A stretch of 63,891 nt of DNA, the filler included. It is 4 parts of 4 records of this genome, joined end to end, with 100 filler letters (N's around TTAATTAATTAA, not from the genome) between each part and the next. Parts side by side here need not be neighbours in the genome. Positions count along the whole stretch, not along the records: positions 26,459 to 42,736 come from DRR378314_1970; positions 42,837 to 51,552 come from DRR378314_1975; 2 more parts are not named here. The stretch is one strand, 5' to 3'. The translations under genes were made by a program, and so were the position numbers. This document shows positions 31,946 to 43,174 of the stretch, piece by piece; positions within the stretch are counted from its first letter, which is position 1, and every line of letters begins with the position of its first letter. The notes under the pieces are model-generated. The model saw only the letters and a program-made list of their open reading frames with translations. It did no database searches and was not told where the DNA came from.

Positions 31946-32159
31946 GTGGCTACTCCGTATTTGGCTGATGTCAGGGCAGAGTTTAGGGTGCTGCACCAAA
32001 AAGGACAGCGAATTACAGAGCACAGGTGCATCAGCGCGGATTCGCTTTTATTCACATATGCGTGATTGACACGGTTGCCAGATGAAAATCTTGGTCTTAT
32101 TCTGACACCGGCCCCGAAAAATTGGGCAATATCAGAAAAGTAATAGAGGATTGATGGAC

Positions 32160-32348
32160 ATGAAACTGAAGTTTGCTGCTATCTGCGCCACCGCTGTTGT
32201 TCTGACTGCGTGCTCGCAGCAGGAGGAACCGACCCCGGTCTATATCCAGCCCGACTATGACAAGTATGGCACGCCCAGCTGTTCGGCAGGCTATGAGTTG
32301 GCCACGACCGAAGCCGGTCAGACCGTATGTAATCCGGTCACACAATAA
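32160..32348 (+). CDS. Small lipoprotein
   Basis: Signal peptide with lipobox LTAC, upstream GAGGA, and two further Cys. Confidence 0.75.
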   Translation: MKLKFAAICATAVVLTACSQQEEPTPVYIQPDYDKYGTPSCSAGYELATTEAGQTVCNPVTQ

Positions 32349-32483
32349 GCATTTCGCAGGTGGTCCATTATTTTGGACCACCTGTACAACTAGTGCCGAA
32401 GTTGCCGCCGTTGGGCGGTTTTTTCTTGCCTTTCTGTCGCGGGTCGCGAACGTCATTTCCAACAAATTTGATTGGAAGGGTCC

Positions 32484-32840
32484 ATGCGCAAATTCTTTGA
32501 CCACCTAAAGGATCGCACCCGTTGGAGCTGGCAAGGCCTGTCTTCAACCTGGCGCGAGGAATACTCATTTCGGGCATGGGGTTGGGCAAATCTGGCCTCG
32601 GGCGTTTTGGTCTTTGCACTGCCGCTCGGAACAGCAGAAAGAGCAGTAATCCTTGCACTCGGCATTCTGGTGTTAGTGGCCGAGCTGTTCAATACTGCCA
32701 TCGAACGAGCGGTCGATCATACCTCGACGGATCAGCATGTTCTCGCCGGGCAGGCCAAGGACGCGGCGAGTGCTGCCGTGGCACTCACGGCCGTCGCCGC
32801 GGGTGTCGCATGGGTCGTGGTGTTGATCGGGCTATTGTGA
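32484..32840 (+). CDS. dgkA: Diacylglycerol kinase
   Basis: ELFNTAIERAVD and AKDAASAAV motifs. Confidence 0.9.
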   Translation: MRKFFDHLKDRTRWSWQGLSSTWREEYSFRAWGWANLASGVLVFALPLGTAERAVILALGILVLVAELFNTAIERAVDHTSTDQHVLAGQAKDAASAAVALTAVAAGVAWVVVLIGLL

Positions 32841-32858
32841 TCCCGGTCTCTGCCAGAC

Positions 32859-34250
32859 CTACGCGCGCAAGCGCCCCCATAGATCGTACTCTCCGGCCTC
32901 ATCGACTTCTACGGTGACGATGTCACCCGGTTTCAAACCTTCGAACCTGTCATCAATAAACAAATTGCCGTCGATCTCGGGTGCATCGGACTTGGTGCGG
33001 CAGGTCGCTGCCTCATTATCCACGTCATCCACGATGACCTCGATCGTCTGTCCAACCTTTGCCTCTAGCTTGGCTTCCGAAATGGCCTGTGCCTTTTCCA
33101 TGAACCGCTCCCACCGATCCTGTTTTACCTCGGCGGGGACGTGATCCGGTAACTCGTTTGAACGGGCGCCATCGACATTCTCGTATTGAAAACACCCGAC
33201 GCGATCTAATTGGGCTTCATCCATCCAGTCCAGCAAGGTCTGGAATTCATCTTCGGTTTCCCCTGGATAACCAACAATGAAAGTCGATCGAAGGGTGATA
33301 TCGGGACAAGTCGCGCGCCACGCTGCGATTTCATCCAGAGTTTTCGCGCCTGCAGCCGGACGGGCCATGCGTTTCAGAACATCCGGGTGCGCATGCTGGA
33401 ATGGTATGTCGAGATATGGCAACACGTTGCACCCCGCATCCGCCATCAGCGGGATCAGATCACGCACATGGGGGTAGGGATAGACGTAGTGTAGACGAAC
33501 CCAAGCGTCGAACTGGCCCAGCTCACGCGCCAGCTCGGTAATGTGGCTACGCACCTCTCGGTCTTTCCACGGGTTCACGTCGTATTTGCGATCCAGCCCA
33601 TAGGCCGAGGTGTCCTGCGAAATCACCAGCAATTCGCGTACGCCATTGTCGACCAGCTTCTCGGCCTCGCGTAGCACCGCATGGGCCGGGCGGCTGGCCA
33701 GCTTTCCACGCATGTCCGGGATGATGCAGAACTTGCACTTGTGGTTGCAACCTTCTGAAATCTTGAGGTAACTGTAATGGCGCGGTGTCAGTTTCACACC
33801 CGAGGCGGGCAGCAAGTCCACATATGGATTCGGGTCCGGTGGGACCGCGTTATGGACCGCATCCAGAACCTGTTCATATTGATGCGGCCCGGTGACAGCC
33901 AGAATGCGCGGGTGATGTTCGCGGATGTAATCCGGCTCTGCACCCAGACAGCCCGTCACGATGACCTTACCATTTTCGGCCAATGCCTCACCGATCGCGT
34001 CCAGAGATTCGGCCTTTGCGCTGTCCAGAAACCCGCAGGTGTTCACAATCACGGCATCAGCCCCGGCATAGTCCGGCGAGATACCATAGCCCTCGGCGCG
34101 CAATCGGGTCAGGATACGCTCGCTATCGACCAATGCTTTGGGACAGCCCAGCGACACCATGCCAAGGGTTGGCTGGCCGCGGCGGGGCGTCTCGGCGATC
34201 CGGGCCTCAGGGGCGAGATCAGGGCGGAGGTCTGGTGGGTTCGTGCTCAT
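32859..34250 (-). CDS. rimO: Ribosomal protein S12 methylthiotransferase
   Basis: [20 protein letters not shown] and TRAM-domain DAPEIDG. Confidence 0.96.
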   Translation of the reverse strand: MSTNPPDLRPDLAPEARIAETPRRGQPTLGMVSLGCPKALVDSERILTRLRAEGYGISPDYAGADAVIVNTCGFLDSAKAESLDAIGEALAENGKVIVTGCLGAEPDYIREHHPRILAVTGPHQYEQVLDAVHNAVPPDPNPYVDLLPASGVKLTPRHYSYLKISEGCNHKCKFCIIPDMRGKLASRPAHAVLREAEKLVDNGVRELLVISQDTSAYGLDRKYDVNPWKDREVRSHITELARELGQFDAWVRLHYVYPYPHVRDLIPLMADAGCNVLPYLDIPFQHAHPDVLKRMARPAAGAKTLDEIAAWRATCPDITLRSTFIVGYPGETEDEFQTLLDWMDEAQLDRVGCFQYENVDGARSNELPDHVPAEVKQDRWERFMEKAQAISEAKLEAKVGQTIEVIVDDVDNEAATCRTKSDAPEIDGNLFIDDRFEGLKPGDIVTVEVDEAGEYDLWGRLRA

Positions 34251-34343
34251 GGCGGCGCGTATAGAGGGGAAAGCTTCCCCTTGCAAATCCTGCCCGCACA
34301 AGGCTGACTTGGGGCAGAGCAGAAAAGCCGGAAAGACGGACCC

Positions 34344-36272
34344 ATGAAGTGGCTCATACGCATTCTTTTTCTCGTAGTCGCGGCTTTCGGGCTGGTGATT
34401 GGTGCCTTGCTATTGATGCCGGGTGACAAACTGGCGACCATTTTGGCCGAGCAAGTCAAGGCGCAAACTGGTCGCGATTTGGAACTGACGGGCGAAGTCA
34501 GGCTATCTTTCTGGCCCGTTCTGGGTATGGAAACCGGCCCGGTTACATTTGCCAATGCGCCTTGGGCCGGGTCCGAGCCGATGCTCAGCGCCCAAAGTTT
34601 GGCCGTGGGCGTCGATGCGTCGGCGTTACTGTCGGGTGATATCCGGATCAAGAAGGTATTAGCCGATAGTCCGGTTCTGCGTCTTGAGCGCGCGAACGGG
34701 CGCGGAAACTGGGAATTGCACCAACCTGGCAGCTCTCCTGAATCAGGGGCATCGGCGCAAGCTGTCGAAAGCCGGCCTGTTACGTTGGAGCGATTGGAGC
34801 TGTCAAATGCACGGCTGATCTATCTTGAGAATGGCGCGGTCAGCATGGACTTCGCAAATGTTGATCTTTCAGCCCGTTGGCCGGACGTGACCGCCCCGAT
34901 GGAGATGCAAGCCAGTATGTCGGTGCCCGGTGGTGCCGTTGAGGTGGATTTGACTATTCCCGACCTGCCTGCTTTTTCTACCGGAGTTGTAACGCCGCTG
35001 GAGCTCGGCCTTACCGCGCCCGGTGGAGATATTCAGTTTTCCGGTCGGGTAAATCTGGCTGGTGAGATGGATGGCAAGGCCACAGTTACCGCCAAGGACA
35101 CCCACAAGATGCTGGCCGCCTTTGGGCAGGGTGGCGTTACCGTGCCCAAGGGGTTGGGACAGGTCGCAAACGTGTCTGGGCAGATGACCTATACGCAGGA
35201 TGGCCGGATTTCCCTGCGGGACATGATCGCGGTGCTGGATCACAACCGGCTTGAAGGGGAGGCGGATATCCAGATTTCCGACCCTCCTCAAATCACCGCG
35301 CGTCTGGATGCAGGTGACCTCGACTTGTCCGACGTAGGCGGTAGCGACACTTCAAGCGGCGGCTCGCAGGCTGAAGGGTGGTCCAAGGCCCCCATCGATG
35401 CGTCGTTCCTTGCGCTGGCAAATGGTAGAATTCGTCTGCGGGCCAACTCGATTGCTGTACCGGGAATGGTTTTTGGCAAAAGTGACCTGACGCTGAGCCT
35501 TGATCGTTCGCGGGCCGTGTTGGAGATGCATCCCGCAACGCTCTTTTCCGGCCAGCTGAATGGTCAGGTGGTTGCAAACAATCGCAATGGGTTATCGGTT
35601 GGCGGGAACCTGACGGCCAACAACATTGATATCAATGAAGCTCTTGTAACACTTGGTGATATCAAGCGTCTTTCGGGGAAAGGGTCTGGCCATCTTGAGT
35701 TTCTGGGTGTTGGGTTGACCGAAGATCAGATCATGCAATCGCTTAGTGGCAAGGGCCACATAGAAGTCGGAAAGGGTGTTATTTCGGGGCTGGATCTTGA
35801 TCGCCTCATGGGACAGGGCAAGGGATCAGGTGGCACGACAGTGTTCAACAGCCTTAGCGCCAGTTTCACGATGAAAGATGGTGATCTGACCAACAATGAC
35901 CTGTTGATGAAGCTCGATAATTTCCGCGCGGATGGGGCAGGTCGGATTGGTCTTGGTGCCCGCGATATCGATTATCTGTTCACGCCGGTCGCCCTGCGCG
36001 CCAACTCGGGGCAGGGGATATCGGTGCCTGTCCGCATCAAGGGCCCATGGAGCAACCCGTCGATCAAACCGGATCTCACTAAGGTCATTGAGGCGGCGGC
36101 TGAAGGCAAAGTCAAAGAGCTGGAAGGCGACGCGAAGAAGAAGGTTCTAGAGAAGGTAGGGAAGGAACTGGATACCACGGTCACCGATACCGACCAGATC
36201 GAAGACGCATTGAAAGACAAACTTGAGGAAGAGGCCAAGAAAGGCTTACTCAAACTTTTGGGGGGGGATTGA
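34344..36272 (+). CDS. AsmA family protein
   Basis: N-terminal TM helix, TGRDL, LSFWP and C-terminal [12 protein letters not shown]. Confidence 0.88.
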   Translation: MKWLIRILFLVVAAFGLVIGALLLMPGDKLATILAEQVKAQTGRDLELTGEVRLSFWPVLGMETGPVTFANAPWAGSEPMLSAQSLAVGVDASALLSGDIRIKKVLADSPVLRLERANGRGNWELHQPGSSPESGASAQAVESRPVTLERLELSNARLIYLENGAVSMDFANVDLSARWPDVTAPMEMQASMSVPGGAVEVDLTIPDLPAFSTGVVTPLELGLTAPGGDIQFSGRVNLAGEMDGKATVTAKDTHKMLAAFGQGGVTVPKGLGQVANVSGQMTYTQDGRISLRDMIAVLDHNRLEGEADIQISDPPQITARLDAGDLDLSDVGGSDTSSGGSQAEGWSKAPIDASFLALANGRIRLRANSIAVPGMVFGKSDLTLSLDRSRAVLEMHPATLFSGQLNGQVVANNRNGLSVGGNLTANNIDINEALVTLGDIKRLSGKGSGHLEFLGVGLTEDQIMQSLSGKGHIEVGKGVISGLDLDRLMGQGKGSGGTTVFNSLSASFTMKDGDLTNNDLLMKLDNFRADGAGRIGLGARDIDYLFTPVALRANSGQGISVPVRIKGPWSNPSIKPDLTKVIEAAAEGKVKELEGDAKKKVLEKVGKELDTTVTDTDQIEDALKDKLEEEAKKGLLKLLGGD

Positions 36273-36282
36273 GATGACGTAG

Positions 36283-36314
36283 AACAAAGGGCGCTTAAAC
36301 CGGCGCCCTTTGTT
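36283..36314. terminator. Bidirectional terminator
   Basis: 12-bp inverted repeat AACAAAGGGCGC/GCGCCCTTTGTT between convergent genes. Confidence 0.7.
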
Positions 36315-36321
36315 ACGTGAC

Positions 36322-37818
36322 TTAAATCGTCTGATCGTAGTCACCAACGCCCGGTTCGGTACGGATAACGGCATCGATATCCGCGAAGATCGCGCGCATC
36401 TCATCTTCGCTTTCGCTGCTTTCACAGACCACAACCAGATTGGGCGTGTTGGATGATGCACGCACGAGGCCCCAACTGCCATTGTCCAATATGACCCGCG
36501 CGCCATTGACGGTTACGACCTCTTTGATGGCTCGGCCTGCAAAGCTGTCGCCTGCATCTGCCTTTGCCACCAACTTGTCGACCAACCGCTGCAGAATATC
36601 GTATTTTTCTGTATCAGCTGCATAGGGTGACATAGTGGGCGTTGACCACGTCTTTGGCAGCGCCTTGCGCAGATCGGACATGCTCTGATCTGAATTACGG
36701 TCCATCAGCTTACAGATTTCCACGGCCACGCGCATTCCGCAGTCATATCCACGCCCGACGGGCTCCGCCAGAAAGTAGTGGCCCGATTTCTCAAACCCGG
36801 CAAGCGCGCCGATTTCCTTGACCCGGCGCTTCATATGGCTGTGGCCGGTCTTCCAATAGTCGGCTTTGACACCCAGTGCCTGCAACTCAGGATCGCTGGC
36901 GAACAGCCCAGTCGATTTCACATCGGCCACAAAGGTCGAATTCGGATACAGCTTGGCCAGATCGCGCGCCATGATGACGCCAACCTTGTCGGCAAAAATC
37001 TCTTCACCTTCATCGTCCACGACACCACAACGATCCCCATCACCATCAAACCCCAGTGCCAGATCGGCACCGCTGGCTTTGACCGAAGCAGCCATATCGT
37101 GCAGCATTTCCATCGCTTCGGGGTTCGGATTGTAGTTGGGGAATGTGTAATCCAGACGTGTGTGGCTGGGCACGACCTCAACACCGATCCGTTCGAAAAC
37201 CTCGGGTGCAAAGGCGGCGGCGGTTCCATTACCGGTAGCGCAGACCACTTTCAACGGACGGGACATTTTGAAGTCACCAACCAGATCGTCGAGATAGGCC
37301 TCTTTCACCCCATCAACGAATTCATACGAACCACCCGGGCGCGCGATGCCTTCGCCATTCAAAACAATATCGCGCAGTTCCGACATCTCGTCTGGACCAT
37401 GGGTCAGGGGGCGGTCGAAGCCCATTTTTACGCCGGTCCAGCCGTTGGGGTTGTGGCTGGCGGTGACCATCGCAACCGCGGGCACATCTAGATGAAACTG
37501 CGCAAAATACGCCATCGGGCTAAGCGCCGGGCCGATATCCTTGACCTGAATACCGGCCTGCATAAGACCCACGATCAGGGCGTTTTTGATCGATAGCGAA
37601 TAGTCTCGATAGTCATTGCCCACTGCAATCACCGGATCTATCCCGCGTTTATGCATTTGGGTACCCAGACCCAAACCTAGTGCCGTCATTCCGGGCAGGT
37701 TGATTTCGTCGGGATATTTCCAACGCGCGTCATACTCGCGAAAGCCCGTGGGCTTGATCATCGGGTCGCGCAGAAAACTCCAGGTGTTCGGGGTCACCTC
37801 GGCAAGGGGTTTGTTCAT
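36322..37818 (-). CDS. Phosphomannomutase/phosphoglucomutase
   Basis: TASHNP, FDGDGDR, FEKSGH and VRASSN motifs. Confidence 0.93.
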   Translation of the reverse strand: MNKPLAEVTPNTWSFLRDPMIKPTGFREYDARWKYPDEINLPGMTALGLGLGTQMHKRGIDPVIAVGNDYRDYSLSIKNALIVGLMQAGIQVKDIGPALSPMAYFAQFHLDVPAVAMVTASHNPNGWTGVKMGFDRPLTHGPDEMSELRDIVLNGEGIARPGGSYEFVDGVKEAYLDDLVGDFKMSRPLKVVCATGNGTAAAFAPEVFERIGVEVVPSHTRLDYTFPNYNPNPEAMEMLHDMAASVKASGADLALGFDGDGDRCGVVDDEGEEIFADKVGVIMARDLAKLYPNSTFVADVKSTGLFASDPELQALGVKADYWKTGHSHMKRRVKEIGALAGFEKSGHYFLAEPVGRGYDCGMRVAVEICKLMDRNSDQSMSDLRKALPKTWSTPTMSPYAADTEKYDILQRLVDKLVAKADAGDSFAGRAIKEVVTVNGARVILDNGSWGLVRASSNTPNLVVVCESSESEDEMRAIFADIDAVIRTEPGVGDYDQTI

Positions 37819-37833
37819 TACAAATCTCAATCG

Positions 37834-38667
37834 TTAAATCTGAATCGGGTTTTCTTTGGCGAGCGCATCGAAGCGCATCAAGGTGTCAATCAGATGGCCC
37901 ATCTGATCCAGGTAAATCATGTTTGGCCCATCGCAGGGCGCATTATCCGGGTCTTGATGGGTTTCGGTGAAGACCGCGCCAATTCCGGTGGCAACCGCCG
38001 CACGGGCGAGGACCGGGGCAAATTCACGCTGGCCACCGGAGGAACCGCCCAGACCACCGGGTTGCGCCACTGCGTGGGTCGCGTCCATCACCACTGGATA
38101 GCCGGTGCGGGCCATTTCTGGCAGCGACTGCATATCAACTACCAGGCGATTGTACCCAAATGAAGCGCCACGTTCGGTCAGCAGGATACGCTTATTTCCG
38201 GTGCTTTCGATCTTGGATACGACGTTGGGCATGTCCCATGGGGCCAGAAACTGACCCTTTTTGACGTTAATCGCTGCTCCGGTTTGACCAGCGGCCAACA
38301 GCAGCGCTGTCTGACGGCACAAAAATGCGGGGATCTGCATGATGTCGCATACTTCTGCGACGGATTCACATTGTTCCGGCTCGTGAATATCGGTCAGCAC
38401 TGGGACGCCAATACTGTCTTTAACCGACTGCAGAACCTGAAGCCCCTTCTCAAGACCCAAGGCAGGTTTGGCGTTCAGCGAAGTCCTGTTGGCTTTGTCG
38501 AAAGATCCCTTGAACACGTACTGGGCGCCTGCCTTGTCGCAGGCTTCCTTAAGCACCCCTGCGATCATTTGCGCGTGATCTGCGCTTTCCAGCTGGCAGG
38601 GACCAGCGATTAGAGTGAGGGGAAGATCGTTGCCAACTGTCAGGTCAGCGATTTTTATATGTTTCAT
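37834..38667 (-). CDS. kdsA: KDO 8-phosphate synthase
   Basis: AGPCQLES, KANRTS, QIPAFLCRQT and DATH motifs. Confidence 0.96.
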   Translation of the reverse strand: MKHIKIADLTVGNDLPLTLIAGPCQLESADHAQMIAGVLKEACDKAGAQYVFKGSFDKANRTSLNAKPALGLEKGLQVLQSVKDSIGVPVLTDIHEPEQCESVAEVCDIMQIPAFLCRQTALLLAAGQTGAAINVKKGQFLAPWDMPNVVSKIESTGNKRILLTERGASFGYNRLVVDMQSLPEMARTGYPVVMDATHAVAQPGGLGGSSGGQREFAPVLARAAVATGIGAVFTETHQDPDNAPCDGPNMIYLDQMGHLIDTLMRFDALAKENPIQI

Positions 38668-38673
38668 GTGTCT

Positions 38674-40260
38674 TTACGAGGATACCTGTTCACGAAGGAC
38701 CGACGCGGTAAGCGAGATCATCAGGTAGATACCAGCAAACAACAGGAAAGCCAAAATCGTATTTTCAAACTTGCGCGGATAGCTGGGTTCCTGACTGGGG
38801 ACCGGGTTCACCGAGACGGTCAGATAACGCACCTTTCGGTTGGCCTCGGTCCGCGTGGCTTCCATTTGCTGCATTGCCGTTTGTAGCATCATGTCGCGGG
38901 CGGCCAGATCGGCTTGGGCCATCTGGATACGCACGCTCAAACGTGCAAGCGAGTTTTCGCCTGCCGAGGCGTCCAGCATTTCAGCATTCAACTCTGCCAG
39001 AACCGCCTCAAGCCGTTCGATATCTGCGCGTGTGCCATCTACCTTGGCTTTGTTGGGGCGGGTGTTGTCGAGAAGGGCGGCCAGTTGCAGTTCTTTGTCC
39101 TGTAGCTCAAATTCAAACTGATCGATCCGGGCGCGCAGGCTGGCAATCACGCTTTGTGGATCCAGAACAGCCCCCTGCAGTTGCAGTTCAATCAGATCTT
39201 CCTGTGCCTGTCTGCGCGCTTCTTGCGCGGTCTCAAAGCTTGTTAAGGCGTCGCGCATCTGATCTTCTCGTTTTAACTCGGTCAGCCCATTTATCGTCTC
39301 TTCGGCGTATGAAATAAGCCGCCTGGATAGGTCGACAGAGATATCGGCGCTTGGCGCCGCGACCTCCATGCGGATAACACCGTCGCTTGGGTCATACCCA
39401 ATGGTGATCATACGCTTGTAAAGCTTATAAGTTTCTTCGAGCGTTGCATCAGCCGACAAGCGTTGGATAGGGTCGATCTCATCTTGTTGAAAAAACTCGG
39501 AAAACCCGACATCCCGCTCTAGTCTTTCCAGCGCATCCTTGGATTCCAGAAACTCCTGCGTGGCCACGGAATCCTGCGCCGTAGCGAACTGGGTTCCCGC
39601 CAGAAAACCGCCAAATGACGCCCCGCCGCCATCGGCCTGCAAAATTGAGAATACGGAGTCGCTGGCATACATCGGCGTTGCGACGCGATAGAAATAGAAA
39701 CCCACAACGAAGGTGGGCAGGAAGACGAAAGCGGCCAACCGTGCGAACAACGCCGCAAGCTTGCGGCGACGGCGGCGGGCGATGTCTTTCTGGATTTGCC
39801 CGATCTCGTATTCGCGGCGCTGGGCCGGGCTAAGTTCCGGGCCGGGTAGATTCTGCTGCGAGGCTTTGGCCGTCTGAGGCAGATGTATCTTTATATTGTC
39901 TTGCGTCGGGTCATCGCCGGTTGATTTGCTTTGATCGAAAGTTGCCAGATCCAGCAGGTTCGCGCGCTGAAACGGATCGATCCCTTTCTTGCGCAACAGT
40001 CGGACCGCATCGTAATCCGAAGTCGCCGCCAGCCCGTTTTTATGCGCAAGCCGCCTTGCGACGCGCAATTGCCGCCCGGTCAGCCCTTCGCGTTTGATGG
40101 CGTCCAGTTCGGTGCCCGGTTGCTGGGATTCGCCACCAGCGTCAGAGGCTTGTGTTGCTTTGCGAATTCGGTCGATCGCATCCGAGCGTGCCTCGGCCGT
40201 ACCGGCGCCTCGTGCGGTGCGATCGGGGTTGTACTTTCTAGCCTTGGGTTTGGTAGTCAT
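38674..40260 (-). CDS. Capsular polysaccharide export inner-membrane protein (KpsE/RkpR-like) with long N-terminal extension
   Basis: TM VFLPT..YFYRVATPMYAS, coiled coil, C-terminal YPR plus TM. Confidence 0.8.
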   Translation of the reverse strand: MTTKPKARKYNPDRTARGAGTAEARSDAIDRIRKATQASDAGGESQQPGTELDAIKREGLTGRQLRVARRLAHKNGLAATSDYDAVRLLRKKGIDPFQRANLLDLATFDQSKSTGDDPTQDNIKIHLPQTAKASQQNLPGPELSPAQRREYEIGQIQKDIARRRRRKLAALFARLAAFVFLPTFVVGFYFYRVATPMYASDSVFSILQADGGGASFGGFLAGTQFATAQDSVATQEFLESKDALERLERDVGFSEFFQQDEIDPIQRLSADATLEETYKLYKRMITIGYDPSDGVIRMEVAAPSADISVDLSRRLISYAEETINGLTELKREDQMRDALTSFETAQEARRQAQEDLIELQLQGAVLDPQSVIASLRARIDQFEFELQDKELQLAALLDNTRPNKAKVDGTRADIERLEAVLAELNAEMLDASAGENSLARLSVRIQMAQADLAARDMMLQTAMQQMEATRTEANRKVRYLTVSVNPVPSQEPSYPRKFENTILAFLLFAGIYLMISLTASVLREQVSS

Positions 40261-40897
40261 AGAGTTGCTTTGCCTCTTCCAAGGTTTCAAACATGTAAAG
40301 CTGCCCATCCACCAGAACAGCAGCTTGCCGAGCAAATTTCTCTAGAATTGATGGGTTGTGCGATACGATCACCAGTGTCGTTGTCCGCAGCTTATCTTTC
40401 AGGATATCGCCCGCTTTCTTATTGAACTCAACATCCGTGGTCGAGGGCATCCCCTCGTCAATGAGGTACATGTCGAAATCCAGAGCCAGCATCAACGCAA
40501 AGGTAAACCGGCTCCGCATCCCCGAGGAATAGGTGCCCAGCGGTTGGTTAAAATACTCACCCAGATTGCAGAGCCAGCTGCAGTAGGCTTCTACATAGTC
40601 AGGGTCCATGCCATAAAGCTTGGCGATGTATCGCGCATTCTCCAGTGCTGACAACCGATTGGCGACCCCGCCCGTGAACCCCATGGGGAAAGAGACGCGG
40701 CAATCGCGCCGGATCACGCCTTCATCGGGTTTTTCCAATCCGGCCATCATGTTGATCAACGTGGTTTTCCCGGTTCCGTTCGGTGCCAGAACCCCAAGGG
40801 AAGTGCCCAGTTCAACGCGGAACGACACCTGATCCAGAATCACCTTGCGGCGGGTTCCGGTCCAGAATGACTTGCTGACATTGTCGAATTCCAGCAT
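40238..40897 (-). CDS. Capsular polysaccharide ABC exporter ATPase (KpsT-like)
   Basis: APNGTGKT, YSSGM, YLIDE and VSH motifs. Confidence 0.88.
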   Translation of the reverse strand: MLEFDNVSKSFWTGTRRKVILDQVSFRVELGTSLGVLAPNGTGKTTLINMMAGLEKPDEGVIRRDCRVSFPMGFTGGVANRLSALENARYIAKLYGMDPDYVEAYCSWLCNLGEYFNQPLGTYSSGMRSRFTFALMLALDFDMYLIDEGMPSTTDVEFNKKAGDILKDKLRTTTLVIVSHNPSILEKFARQAAVLVDGQLYMFETLEEAKQLYDYQTQG

Positions 40898-41104
40898 GCG
40901 GGGCCTGTAATCGTACGTTTATTATGGCTCGAAGGGGTGTTTGCTACCGATCCATACTGGCTACATTATGTCGAATTATGAAACAAATGATCAATGCGCA
41001 TCCCGCGTCATGACATTGAAGTGTTGCCGCGATGGGTTCTGTTGGCTCAGCCGGCGTTCAGCCCTATCTTGATTGTCGATGAAGCGCAGGAGCATTACGA
41101 CCTG

Positions 41105-41692
41105 ATGGGTTCACTGCTAGAGGAAATTGAAGCGTGCCGATTATGCGCAGACAGGTTTGCGCAGACTGCCACAGCTCACCAGCCGCGCCCGGTTGTCTGG
41201 TTCCGGCCTGGCGCGCGTATTTTGATCGCGGGGCAGGCACCCGGTGCGCGTGTACATGAGACGGGAAAGCCCTTCACCGATCCCTCGGGTGATCGCCTGA
41301 GGGATTGGATGGGATTGGATGAAGCAGGCTTTTATGATCGTTCTCGGGTATCGATTGTTCCGATGGCGTTTTGTTTTCCCGGATATAACGAACGCAAGGC
41401 CGACCTGCCGCCGCCTCCGATATGTGGCCGCACCTGGCATGACCGGGTGATGACGGCGCTGGGCGATGTCCCACTAACGATCCTTGTCGGTGGTCATGCG
41501 CACAAATACCATCTGGGTGTAAAAACACCGGTCACCGAGACTGTCAGTAATTGGCGAGACCATGCGCCGCGGGTCTTTGCCTTGCCTCACCCGTCCTGGC
41601 GCAATACGGCTTGGCTGAGGAAAAATCCCTGGTTCGAGGCCGAGCTTTTGCCGGTGCTGCGGGAACGGGTGCAAGAGGTTCTGAATGACTGA
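41105..41692 (+). CDS. Uracil-DNA glycosylase family protein
   Basis: GQAPG, DPSGDRLR and PHPSWRN motifs. Confidence 0.9.
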   Translation: MGSLLEEIEACRLCADRFAQTATAHQPRPVVWFRPGARILIAGQAPGARVHETGKPFTDPSGDRLRDWMGLDEAGFYDRSRVSIVPMAFCFPGYNERKADLPPPPICGRTWHDRVMTALGDVPLTILVGGHAHKYHLGVKTPVTETVSNWRDHAPRVFALPHPSWRNTAWLRKNPWFEAELLPVLRERVQEVLND

Positions 41693-42473
41693 AGCCACAG
41701 CTTTGGATGCTGCACACTCCGCTATGCAAGCGGCACCAGAAGATGATTCAGTACGGCTGAGGTTCTTCGAGCGGCTGGCTGATAGCGAGCTGTTTCTGAT
41801 GCTCACCGAAGAAGCGAAGGACGAAAACATCTCGCCCGAGCTGTTCGATGTGGCCGATGGGCGTTTCGTTTTGGCCTTTGATCTTGAGGAACGTCTTGCA
41901 ACATTCGCGGGGCGGCCAGTCCCCTATGTCGCCCTGTCGGGTCGCCTTCTGTCGGGGATGTTGGCAGGACAGGAGATCGGGTTGGGCCTGAACCTTGAAA
42001 CCGCGCCGTCGTCCATGCTGATCCCAGCCGAAGCGCTGAGTTGGCTGTCCAGTACCTTGCAACATGCCCCTCAGGAGGTAGAGCAGCGACTGGCTGAATT
42101 TCATCCACCCGCAGGCTTGCCGGATGTTCTGTTGACCGCGCTCGATACGAAATTGGCGACTGCAGCAGGTTTGGCTGCAACCGCCTTTCTTGTTGGTACA
42201 AAAACCGAAGACGGCGGTCAGGGTCATCTTTTGGGATTTGTTTCAGCAATCGAAGGTGCGCAGCCTGCGTTAGCGCGCGCGGTTTCAGAAGCGTTGACCT
42301 TTTCTGGGATCGAGGCAGGCGCGTTGGATGTCGCATTCTTTGAAGCAGAGGCACCGGCAGCAGCTGCTTTGGCGAAGGTCGGCCTTCGGTTTGATCTGCC
42401 TCAGCCACAGGCCACCCAAATTGAAAGGGCCGCGCCGGGCAGTGATCCCGGGCGGCCCCCGATCCTAAGATAG
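41685..42473 (+). CDS. SseB family protein
   Basis: RLRFFERLADSELF, FVLAFD.EERL and PGSDPGRPPIL motifs. Confidence 0.75.
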   Translation: MTEATALDAAHSAMQAAPEDDSVRLRFFERLADSELFLMLTEEAKDENISPELFDVADGRFVLAFDLEERLATFAGRPVPYVALSGRLLSGMLAGQEIGLGLNLETAPSSMLIPAEALSWLSSTLQHAPQEVEQRLAEFHPPAGLPDVLLTALDTKLATAAGLAATAFLVGTKTEDGGQGHLLGFVSAIEGAQPALARAVSEALTFSGIEAGALDVAFFEAEAPAAAALAKVGLRFDLPQPQATQIERAAPGSDPGRPPILR

Positions 42474-42483
42474 CGCCGGTGGC

Positions 42484-42736
42484 TTAGTCCGCTGTTTCCA
42501 ACTTATCCTGCGTGCGCGTTTCAAAATCGCTGGCATCGTGGCGTTCGTGCAATTGCGTATGCGGTTCGCCAAAGGCGCGGTTGACCATCCGGCCACGCTG
42601 AACCGCCGGGCGCGCGTCAATGGCTTTGGCCCATCGCATGACATTCTTGTAGCTCTCGACATCAAGGAATTCTGCCGCATCGTAAAGCCGGCCAAGAACC
42701 AGTTGCCCATACCACGGCCAGATCGCCATATCGGCA
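42484..42736 (-). CDS. Glutathione-dependent disulfide oxidoreductase (YghU-like GST) C-terminus, 5'-truncated
   Basis: ADMAIWPWYG, RPAVQRG and ERHDASDF motifs. Confidence 0.88.
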
Positions 42737-42836
42737 NNNNNNNNNNNNNNNNNNNNNNNNNNNNNNNNNNNNNNNNNNNNTTAATTAATTAANNNNNNNN
42801 NNNNNNNNNNNNNNNNNNNNNNNNNNNNNNNNNNNN
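42737..42836. other. Artificial contig linker
   Basis: N44-TTAATTAATTAA-N44. Confidence 0.99.
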
Positions 42837-42899
42837 AATTGGTAGAGCACCGGTCTCCAAAACCGGGGGTTGGGGGTTCGATCCCCTCCTCTCCTGCCA
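42837..42899 (+). tRNA. tRNA-Trp(CCA), 5'-truncated
   Basis: D-arm end TGGTAGAGC, anticodon arm CCGGT-CTCCAAA-ACCGG, GGTTCGATCC and 3' CCA; upstream of secE. Confidence 0.93.
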
Positions 42900-42975
42900 T
42901 GTTGTCTTGATCTCTTGAATAAATTCCTGTATATGCCCGGTTCGACCGGAAAATAAGATTGTTTTTGAGGCACTA

Positions 42976-43173
42976 ATGGCAAAGGTAACACCAGGCGCAT
43001 TTATCCGCCAAGTACGGCAAGAATCCGCTAAGGTAACATGGCCATCCCGTAAGGAGACACTTGTCACGACGGGAATGGTTTTTGTCATGGTTTTTCTGGC
43101 CTCTATGTTCTTTTTTCTCGTGGACACTGGAATTCAGGCTGCCGTGAAATTCATTTTGTCTTTGGGAGCTTGA
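42976..43173 (+). CDS. secE: Preprotein translocase SecE
   Basis: KVTWPSRKET followed by a TM helix. Confidence 0.95.
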   Translation: MAKVTPGAFIRQVRQESAKVTWPSRKETLVTTGMVFVMVFLASMFFFLVDTGIQAAVKFILSLGA

Positions 43174-43174
43174 A

